DNA of 64,000 nucleotides from Candidatus Aenigmatarchaeota archaeon (GTDB lineage: Archaea > Aenigmatarchaeota > Aenigmatarchaeia > QMZP01 > QMZT01), in assembly GCA_963726265.1 (NCBI GenBank), contig CAVSBQ010000002.1:928001-992000 (forward strand). Direction: 5' to 3'. Each line of letters opens with the position of its first letter. The first letter of the stretch is position 1. The notes beneath the pieces were generated by a model. The model was not told the origin of the DNA. It worked only from the letters and a program-made list of their open reading frames with translations, and made no database searches. The position numbers and the translations under genes are program-made. This document shows, in pieces, positions 56,755 to 64,000 of this stretch.

Positions 56755-57114
56755 ATGTGGTATGGTCAATTCGATGACAATTTGCCTTTAATGTCAGGCA
56801 TGAAAATTGGAAGATCAAGAAAAGGCATATACCAAGACATGACATTAGACCAGATAGAAGAGCATATAATAGATCGGTTAACCCAAAAGTTTGGAACTGC
56901 TCCGACCGAAGTCCATATTAGAGACGCACTCGTTGGTTACGCGGCCGGTCAGATTGCAAAGGGCCACATACTTTCTGGGGAGGTTTTCATTGATCGCAAA
57001 CGCTTAATGCCTTATGTTACCGAAAGGCAAAAATTATCAGATTTTTTACAAGAAGCTTATAGAATAGGGGACGAAGCCCAAACCAGAAACTCCAGAAGTT
57101 TATGCCTTGACTGA
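56755..57114 (+). CDS. AT-rich orphan hypothetical protein
   Basis: 119-aa ORF with its own TATA (TTTTAAAT about 56699) and atypical codons; overlaps the acyP stop. Confidence 0.65.
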   Translation: MWYGQFDDNLPLMSGMKIGRSRKGIYQDMTLDQIEEHIIDRLTQKFGTAPTEVHIRDALVGYAAGQIAKGHILSGEVFIDRKRLMPYVTERQKLSDFLQEAYRIGDEAQTRNSRSLCLD

Positions 57115-57375
57115 AAAATCACTGAACTCATCCCTGAACTTTTCCCATGCTATTTCAATCTCGTCCACCTTCGCGCCCTGAGGACCGCTCCTGCAGAACT
57201 CGATGAGGCGGTCGAGCTGCGGTTTCCTGCCTTCTGCGACGACCTCGACCATGCCGGTTGGCGTGTTCCTGACCCAGCCGGTCACGCCTATCTCGCTCGC
57301 CATCCTTCTGGTGGCCGCGCGGAAGAAGACGCCCTGGACGTCGCCCGAAATAAGAAGATGAATCCTGGCGTTCAT
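57100..57375 (-). CDS. acyP: Acylphosphatase
   Basis: GDVQGVFFR, GWVRN. Confidence 0.93.
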   Translation of the reverse strand: MNARIHLLISGDVQGVFFRAATRRMASEIGVTGWVRNTPTGMVEVVAEGRKPQLDRLIEFCRSGPQGAKVDEIEIAWEKFRDEFSDFSVKA

Positions 57376-57425
57376 GCCTGTCACACTCAAACTATATTTA
57401 ATTTTAACACCCTTATCTTATATCT

Positions 57426-59651
57426 ATGAGCCATGACGCGGGCCATGAAACGAATCCTGCGGTAAAGCAGGTTCTCGAGAAGTCAGGCATCGCCCAGCTC
57501 AATCCAGTCCAGGAGGCCGCGCTGAAGGCTGGCCTTCTCGACGGGAAGAACATGGTTCTCGCCGCTCCCACCGCGAGCGGCAAGACGCTCGTCGCGGAAT
57601 TCGCTGCGCTGAACACGATAAATAAGGGCATGAAGGTCGTCTACATCGTCCCGTTACGAGCTCTAGCGAGTGAGAAGTATCACGAGTTCAAGGAGAAGTA
57701 CGAAGCGCTCGGCATAAAGATCGCGCTGAGCATGGGCGACTTGGATTCGAGCGACCCGTGGCTCTCGAGGTCAGACATCATCATCGTCACTTCTGAGAAA
57801 TTCGACTCGCTGCTGCGACACGGGATTCCGTGGGTCGGCCAGATAGGGCTGGTGGTCATCGACGAAATCCACCTGCTCAACGACCCTGGCCGAGGCCCGA
57901 CGCTCGAAGTCACCATCACAAAACTCCGCCAGCTCGCGAAGCCGCAGCTGCTCGCTCTTTCAGCGACGATAAAGAATTACAGGCAGATAGCCGAGTGGCT
58001 CGATGCCGAACCGGTTTATTCGGAGTACAGGCCGATAAAACTCTACAGGGGCGTGTGCTTCAATCGCAGCATCCACTACCAGCCGAAGAAGGCTGCGAAG
58101 GAGATTGGCGACGAGCATCCGCCGGATTTCGAAATCGCCCGCGATACGCTGAAGATGAACAAGCAGGCGCTCATTTTCGTTTCGACGCGCAGCAGCACGG
58201 AGTCGCTTTCAGGCAACCTGGGAAAAGTCATAGGCCCGCAGATCGGAGCGGAGGACAGGGAAAAGCTGAAGCGCATCTCGCAAAAGGTTCTGGGCGCGGT
58301 CGAGCGCCCGACTCTGCAGTGTGAAAAGCTTTCCAATCAGGTGCTGAACGGCGTCGCGTTCCATCATGCAGGCCTTGCCAATGAGCAGAGGAAGGCGATA
58401 GAGGACGGCTTCAAGGAAGGCGCGATAAAGTTCATAACATGCACGCCGACCTTGGCGTGGGGAATAAATATGCCTGCATACCGCGTCATCATCCGCGATT
58501 TGAAACGCTTCTCTTCTGGATACGGAAGCGATTACATACCAGTTCTCGACGTGCAACAAATGATGGGAAGGGCAGGCCGCCCGAAATATGATCAGGAAGG
58601 GGAAGCGATACTCATTGCGAAAAGCGAGGGTGAGGCCGAGTATGTTTACGACAACTACATCAACGGCGAGCCAGAGGAAATCCAATCGAAGCTCGGCGTC
58701 GAACCCGTTCTCCGCATGCACTCGCTCGCGCTGATTGCGGGCGGCATGGCCTTTTCGAAACAGCGGCTTTTCGACTTCTTCTCCAGGACGTTCTACGCGC
58801 ACCAGTACGGCGACGTCTCGCAGCTGGAAGGTAAGCTCGAAAAAGTGATAGTGATGCTCAGGGACTTCAGCTTCGTCAGGAAAGACAAAGTAAATTCCGA
58901 GACGAAGGACAATCCTTTCCGCTCCGCGCTCGAGATGGCGAAGGGCAGCAGCAGCGAAAAGCTGGAGGCGACGCCGCTTGGCAAGCGCGTTTCCGAGCTT
59001 TATATCGACCCGCTCACAGCGGATTTCCTGATCAAAAACCTGGCCAAGGCCAAGGACTTCATCCACCCGTTCGGTCTGCTCCAGCTCATTGCGAGGACGG
59101 TCGAGATGCGACCCGCGCTCTCGCTGCGCAGAAAGGATTTCGAGAGCATAAACGAGGTCATCGCGGGCAACGAGAACTTTCTTCTGGAAAAGCCGCCTAA
59201 TCCGTGGGACATCGAATACGACGATTACCTGCGCTCGATAAAGACTGCATGGTTCTTCTCGGAATGGATGGACGAGCTGGGCGAGGACATGATTCTCGAA
59301 AAATTCGGGGTCGCGCCCGGCGAGCTGCATGTCCGCCTCGCGAACGCAGACTGGCTCATCTATGCGAGCCACGAGCTCGCGCTGCTGACCGAAAGGAAGG
59401 AGCTGCTCAAACACATAAGGAAAGCGCGCATACGCGTGAAATACGGGATACGCGAGGAGTTGCTGCCGCTGGTCATGCTGAAGGGCATAGGACGCGCGAG
59501 GGCGCGCGCGCTTTTCGGCTCGAACCTGCGCTCGCTGGCCGATTTGAGGAAAGTCCCGCTGGAAAGCCTATCCAGGATAATCGGGCCGAAGGTCGCGAAA
59601 GACGTCAAAGAGCAGCTGAATCAGATGAAAGACGAGCAGAAAATTCTGTGA
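57426..59651 (+). CDS. hel308: Hel308/Hjm Ski2-like DNA helicase
   Basis: PTASGKT, DEIH, LSAT, FHHAGL, QMMGRAGRP, RARAL motif with HhH. Confidence 0.93.
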   Translation: MSHDAGHETNPAVKQVLEKSGIAQLNPVQEAALKAGLLDGKNMVLAAPTASGKTLVAEFAALNTINKGMKVVYIVPLRALASEKYHEFKEKYEALGIKIALSMGDLDSSDPWLSRSDIIIVTSEKFDSLLRHGIPWVGQIGLVVIDEIHLLNDPGRGPTLEVTITKLRQLAKPQLLALSATIKNYRQIAEWLDAEPVYSEYRPIKLYRGVCFNRSIHYQPKKAAKEIGDEHPPDFEIARDTLKMNKQALIFVSTRSSTESLSGNLGKVIGPQIGAEDREKLKRISQKVLGAVERPTLQCEKLSNQVLNGVAFHHAGLANEQRKAIEDGFKEGAIKFITCTPTLAWGINMPAYRVIIRDLKRFSSGYGSDYIPVLDVQQMMGRAGRPKYDQEGEAILIAKSEGEAEYVYDNYINGEPEEIQSKLGVEPVLRMHSLALIAGGMAFSKQRLFDFFSRTFYAHQYGDVSQLEGKLEKVIVMLRDFSFVRKDKVNSETKDNPFRSALEMAKGSSSEKLEATPLGKRVSELYIDPLTADFLIKNLAKAKDFIHPFGLLQLIARTVEMRPALSLRRKDFESINEVIAGNENFLLEKPPNPWDIEYDDYLRSIKTAWFFSEWMDELGEDMILEKFGVAPGELHVRLANADWLIYASHELALLTERKELLKHIRKARIRVKYGIREELLPLVMLKGIGRARARALFGSNLRSLADLRKVPLESLSRIIGPKVAKDVKEQLNQMKDEQKIL

Positions 59652-59670
59652 ATTTTTTAACTTTTTAAAA

Positions 59671-60741
59671 TTATTTTCCCTTACCTTTGCCGTAATATAT
59701 CTTCCTGACGGGGAACGAGATGTCTATCTTTTCTTTGTCATAGCGTTCTTTCAGTGCCTTTATGAATTCGTGCCTGACGATGAAGCGCTCCCTGATGTTC
59801 TTGAGGCGGAGGGACACGGAGAAGTTGATGTTCGAGTCGGCAAAGGTGTGATAGCGCATGCTCGGCTCGAAGCCTTTGACGGCGCCGGGAACGGTTTCCT
59901 GTATCTTCCTCGCGACATCCAGCGTGACTTTCTCGACTTTCTTCAGGTCCGAGCCGTAACCTACACCGCACTGGACGACGATTTCCGTCTCCTGCTCGGG
60001 CAGGGAGTCGTTGACTATCGTGCTGCTGGCCAGCTTGGCGTTGGGGACGATGACGATCGTGTTGGCGGCGGTCTTTATCCTCGTCGAGCGCCAGCTTATG
60101 TCCTCGACCGTGCCCATGATGGCGCCGTTCTCCAGCTCTATGAAATCGCCCACGCTTATGGGTTTGTCGGTGATTATGTGGAGCCCGGCGAAGAAGTTGG
60201 AAAGCGTGTCCTGCAGGGCTAGGCCAACCGCAAGGCCACCCAGACCGAAAGTCGCGATTATCGGCGTTATCTCAATCTTGAAATAAGCTAGTATTATCAT
60301 GCCCGCTATCAGGTAGAACACTATTGCGACAATCTTGCTTATCAGCTTCGGCGTCTGTTCGTATTTCTTCTGCACGTGCAGCCAGTGGTTAATCAGCACG
60401 CTGAAAATCCTCGCGACCAGGAACGCGGCGGTGAACGTGCACAGCACGAAGAAGCCGTTGTCAACAAAAACTGCGTGCGGGTTTAGCATCGATATTCTCT
60501 TGAAGGCGAAGTAAAGACCGACGAAAATTATAAGTATGGAAAACGGTTTTGTGACGGCCTTCAATAAGAGATCGTCAAAATCGCTCTGCGTTTTCTGGGT
60601 CAGTTTCTTTACGTATGTCTTGAGTATGAAATTCACAATCAGGGCAATAATGACCGACCCTACGAATATCATAAGGGCTATGAAATACTCGCTCTGCATC
60701 AGCTCTTCCAGCGTGATTATACCCGTTACCATGTCAGCCAT
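59671..60741 (-). CDS. mscS: Small-conductance mechanosensitive channel
   Basis: GLGGLAVGLALQDTLSNFFAG, GDFI, WRSTRI, VPN, ISFP. Confidence 0.93.
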   Translation of the reverse strand: MADMVTGIITLEELMQSEYFIALMIFVGSVIIALIVNFILKTYVKKLTQKTQSDFDDLLLKAVTKPFSILIIFVGLYFAFKRISMLNPHAVFVDNGFFVLCTFTAAFLVARIFSVLINHWLHVQKKYEQTPKLISKIVAIVFYLIAGMIILAYFKIEITPIIATFGLGGLAVGLALQDTLSNFFAGLHIITDKPISVGDFIELENGAIMGTVEDISWRSTRIKTAANTIVIVPNAKLASSTIVNDSLPEQETEIVVQCGVGYGSDLKKVEKVTLDVARKIQETVPGAVKGFEPSMRYHTFADSNINFSVSLRLKNIRERFIVRHEFIKALKERYDKEKIDISFPVRKIYYGKGKGK

Positions 60742-60860
60742 GAAACCGCCATAACTTATGTATGCCGCAGGCAGTATAAAAATTTTATATCCAAAAGATT
60801 CGGTGCGTGGCCGGCAGATTTATTAATATAATATCATAATATAGGTTCTGTGTGATTCCG

Positions 60861-61355
60861 ATGGTCAGGAGCAAAAGGAAAAAAACCGCAAAAGCCGCGG
60901 GCAAAAGCAGAAACAACCGCCCCACCTGGGACGAATACTGGATGAACATCGTCGAGCAGGTGGGCAAGCGCTCGACGTGCATGCGCAGGAACATCGGCGC
61001 CGTCATCGTTAAAGACAATATCATAGTTTCCACGGGCTTCAACGGCGCGCCAATGGGACTTCCTCATTGCATCGAGATCGGCTGCTTACGGGACGAGCTT
61101 AAAATCCCGTCGGGCACGATGCACGAGGTATGCCGCGGCGTCCATGCCGAGCAGAACGCCATAATCCGCGGCGACCCGCTCAGGATGGACGGAGCGACTT
61201 TGTACGTCAACGCGAAGCCGTGCAAGATATGCGCGAAGATGATCGCCAACTCCGGCATAAAAAAGGTCATCTACGTCGAAATCTATCCCGACGACGAAGG
61301 CGTCAAGGTCCTGAAGCAGGCGGGCATAGAAACCGTCGTTTACGGGGGCAAGTGA
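60861..61355 (+). CDS. dCMP deaminase family
   Basis: RPTWDEYWM, STGFNG, HAEQNA, PCKIC. Confidence 0.92.
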   Translation: MVRSKRKKTAKAAGKSRNNRPTWDEYWMNIVEQVGKRSTCMRRNIGAVIVKDNIIVSTGFNGAPMGLPHCIEIGCLRDELKIPSGTMHEVCRGVHAEQNAIIRGDPLRMDGATLYVNAKPCKICAKMIANSGIKKVIYVEIYPDDEGVKVLKQAGIETVVYGGK

Positions 61356-61395
61356 AAGCCAAAACAATAATAATGCGCAGGCGATATTTATTTCT

Positions 61396-61767
61396 ATGAA
61401 AATAGTCAATGCCACGAAAAAAACGACGCTCGCGGAAGACGTCGAAGTCGCGGCTTCGCCGTGGCAGAAGACGAAGGGGCTCATGCTCAGGGAAAAACTT
61501 GAAAAAAATCACGGCCTGCTCATGGACTTCGAAAGCGAGAGGAAGCCAGGCATCTGGATGCCTTTCATGCGCTTCCCGCTCGACCTGGTCTTCATCTCCG
61601 CGGACAAAAGGGTCGTCGATGTCAAGGAAAACGTGAGGCCGATTTCCCTCGATTTCAAGACGTGGAGAATCTACGTGCCTGCGGAAAAGTGCAGATGGGT
61701 CCTGGAGATGAATGCTGGAGACGTAAAAAAGACAGGCGCAAAAACAGGCGACATTTTAGCTTTCTGA
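61396..61767 (+). CDS. DUF192 family protein
   Basis: KGLM, IWM..MRFPLDLVF, VLEMNAG. Confidence 0.85.
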   Translation: MKIVNATKKTTLAEDVEVAASPWQKTKGLMLREKLEKNHGLLMDFESERKPGIWMPFMRFPLDLVFISADKRVVDVKENVRPISLDFKTWRIYVPAEKCRWVLEMNAGDVKKTGAKTGDILAF

Positions 61768-61770
61768 TTT

Positions 61771-64000
61771 TTAATTATTTTCTTCTTTAATTGCCTGCAG
61801 CTTTTCCATTCTTTCCAGGCCGTTCTCCCCGGGCAGCTTTATGCCTATGACTTTCGACTCTCCGTCCTCCATCGATACGCCGTACACGATGTCCGCCGCC
61901 TTGACCATGTCGTTGTTGTGGGTGATGATTATGAACTGCACGCCCTTCGATTGCTTTCTTATCATGTCTATCACGCGCTTCGTGTTCGGCTTGTCCAGCG
62001 GCGCGTCGACCTCGTCGAGCACGTAGAACGGCGATGGCTTGAACTTCTGTATCGTGAATAGGAACGCCAGCGCCGTCAGCGCCTTCTCGCCGCCCGACAT
62101 CGAGTCTATGTAGAGCAGCTTCTTGCCTGGCGGCTGCGCGGAAATCATGAGGCCCGAGTTTATGTCATTCGGAGCTTCCAGCCCCAGGTCCGCCTCGCCG
62201 CTCGTCAGCTCCCTGTAGATTTCCTTGAACAGCCTCGACATCTCGCTCATGGTCGTGGAGAAGACCTCGCGCTTCCTGTCCTCTATCTCGTTCAGCGTCT
62301 TCATTATGCTCTCCTTCTCCCTGACGATCTGGTCGACCCTTTCCCTGAACTCCTCGAACTCTTCGAACAGCACGGCGAACTCGTCTATCGCCTTCATGTT
62401 CACCGGGCCGAGCAGGCCGATTTTCGAGAGTATTTCCTTCTCCATATCCTTCAGAACTTGCAGCCCGCGCTTCTGGTACGCTTCTTTCTCCTCCGAAGGA
62501 AGGGCATCCCATCTCTTCTTCCCCTCATCCCATTGCGCGTTCAGGTTGTCGAAGTTCGCCTCGTATCTCGCGCGGTTAATCCTCAGGCGGTTGAGCTCCT
62601 CCTGCATGTTCGCCTTCCTGTCATACGTTTCCCTTCGTTTCTCGCTCAGCCTGCTGATGTCCTCCTTTATCTTCGCAAGCCTGGCTTCGTAATCGAAGCC
62701 CTTCGCTCCTTTCGCGCTCCTGTTCAACTCTGCCAGCTTCTTCTCGAACTCCTCAAGCTCGAGCTTGAGCACGCGGCTCTCTTCCCCGAGCCTCTTTATC
62801 TCGTCGGCGTATTTCCTAATCTCCGGTTCGGAAGACGTCTTCTTCATGTAGTAGCCGCCGAATACCGCGCCGGAAGTCTCGAAGAGGTCGCCGTCCAGCG
62901 TGACCATGCGAACACGATCTTTTCCCGCGATCTGCTTCGCCCTGTCGATGTCGTTGACGCACGCCGTCCTGCCGAACACGAAGTCGACGACGGGCGTGAA
63001 TTCCCTTTCGTGGTGGACCAGGTCGGACATCCAGCCCAACGTCCCGTTCGGAAGCGACGTTTTCGCAGGTGAGCGAATCCTGTCGAGCGGCAGGAAACGC
63101 GCTCGTCCAATCCTCTTCTCCTTGAGGTATTTCACGCAATGAATCGCGGTGTTGAGGCTGTCGACGACTATGTCGTTCATGTGCGTGCCGCCCGCGATGT
63201 CGGCTGCGACCTTGTACTGGTCCGGCACGACCACGAGATCCCTGAAGAAGCCGCGCACCCCGCCCATCTGCAGGACCGGTTTCAAGTCGGATGACACGTC
63301 CCTGCCGAGCGTCCTGAGCCTGCTTATCATGTCGTTCAGGCGCGCTATTTCCCGCTCGTTCGAGTCGATGAGGTTCTCCTTGCTTTCCAGCGAAGTCTCG
63401 AGCTTCGAAATTTTCTTCGTCGTCTCGATTTCGCTTTTGCTCATAACTTCCTTCATGAGGCCTTCCATCTCCCCGTCCCTGGCGGCCATCTCCTTGTCCA
63501 GCCTTCCAAGTTCGCCGTCGAGCCGCACGAGTTCCTTCTCCTTTTCCTGTATCTCGCCGCCGATGCTCCCCATGTTCTTCTCGGCCGAGGAGAATTCCTT
63601 GAAAATTATGGTCGCCTTCGCGAACTCGAGCTCCGTCTGCAGCTTGCGATATTCGAGCGCGGCGTCCCTCTCGCCCTTCAGCTTGTCGACAATCTGCTCC
63701 TTCTGCTGGAGGATTATCTCGGCCTCGCTCACCTTCTGCTGCACCTTCTCCAGTTCCTTGAGCGCCTTCTCGCGCTTCTCGTCGTATTCGGTTATGCCGG
63801 AAATCTCGTCTATTATGCCCCTGCGTTCGAGCGGGTTCATGTCTATGACGCGGGAGACGTCGCCCTGCTTGATTATGTTGTGGCCGCCCGGATTCAGTCT
63901 CGCTTGTGCAAAAATGTCGAGAATCTGCTGGCGCGTCGATATCCTGCCGTTCATGCGGTAAGAAGAAACGCCTTCCTTGTTGAGCGTTCTAGCGACTGTC
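61771..64000 (-). CDS. smc: Chromosome segregation protein SMC (5' end outside the window), short-armed
   Basis: Q-loop IIKQGDV, hinge (GRARFLPL, VTLDGD..SGAVFGG), GPVNMKA, MSGGEK, LDEVDAPLD, ITH. Confidence 0.95.
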   Translation of the reverse strand, partial: TVARTLNKEGVSSYRMNGRISTRQQILDIFAQARLNPGGHNIIKQGDVSRVIDMNPLERRGIIDEISGITEYDEKREKALKELEKVQQKVSEAEIILQQKEQIVDKLKGERDAALEYRKLQTELEFAKATIIFKEFSSAEKNMGSIGGEIQEKEKELVRLDGELGRLDKEMAARDGEMEGLMKEVMSKSEIETTKKISKLETSLESKENLIDSNEREIARLNDMISRLRTLGRDVSSDLKPVLQMGGVRGFFRDLVVVPDQYKVAADIAGGTHMNDIVVDSLNTAIHCVKYLKEKRIGRARFLPLDRIRSPAKTSLPNGTLGWMSDLVHHEREFTPVVDFVFGRTACVNDIDRAKQIAGKDRVRMVTLDGDLFETSGAVFGGYYMKKTSSEPEIRKYADEIKRLGEESRVLKLELEEFEKKLAELNRSAKGAKGFDYEARLAKIKEDISRLSEKRRETYDRKANMQEELNRLRINRARYEANFDNLNAQWDEGKKRWDALPSEEKEAYQKRGLQVLKDMEKEILSKIGLLGPVNMKAIDEFAVLFEEFEEFRERVDQIVREKESIMKTLNEIEDRKREVFSTTMSEMSRLFKEIYRELTSGEADLGLEAPNDINSGLMISAQPPGKKLLYIDSMSGGEKALTALAFLFTIQKFKPSPFYVLDEVDAPLDKPNTKRVIDMIRKQSKGVQFIIITHNNDMVKAADIVYGVSMEDGESKVIGIKLPGENGLERMEKLQAIKEENN

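Overview
Core-genome window from a small-genome archaeon, most likely DPANN and Aenigmarchaeota-like (inferred from gene content, not from a phylogeny). It carries translation, transcription and replication genes (rps15, aIF2-beta, aIF5B, GINS, rpl11-spt5-secE-ftsZ1, rpoD, serS, class II lysS, Hel308, Rqc2/NEMF, SMC) and four tRNAs, three of them intron-containing. Also present are a form III RuBisCO + AMP phosphorylase + ApgM block, a type IV pilus-like ATPase/TadC pair, a large secreted glycoprotein, an MNT-HEPN toxin-antitoxin pair, and several AT-rich orphan genes wedged between conserved genes. Several single-base frameshifts, one in an essential gene, suggest indel errors in the assembly. 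The most striking unexplained signals are: (1) a structured element downstream of ftsZ2 that is complementary to the same gene's ribosome-binding region and presents the anti-SD in a hairpin loop, with a long structured 5' leader; (2) a fossil of cassette exchange between dph6 and rnhA, with synonymous-only duplicated 3' ends of both flanking genes; (3) a tRNA-Leu with an A34 (AAG) anticodon; (4) rps15 with a hairpin leader and an apparent ATC start; (5) an SMC with arms about half the usual length; (6) an unannotated 28-aa bipolar charged peptide with full expression signals. No CRISPR array, rRNA, integrase or transposase was seen.
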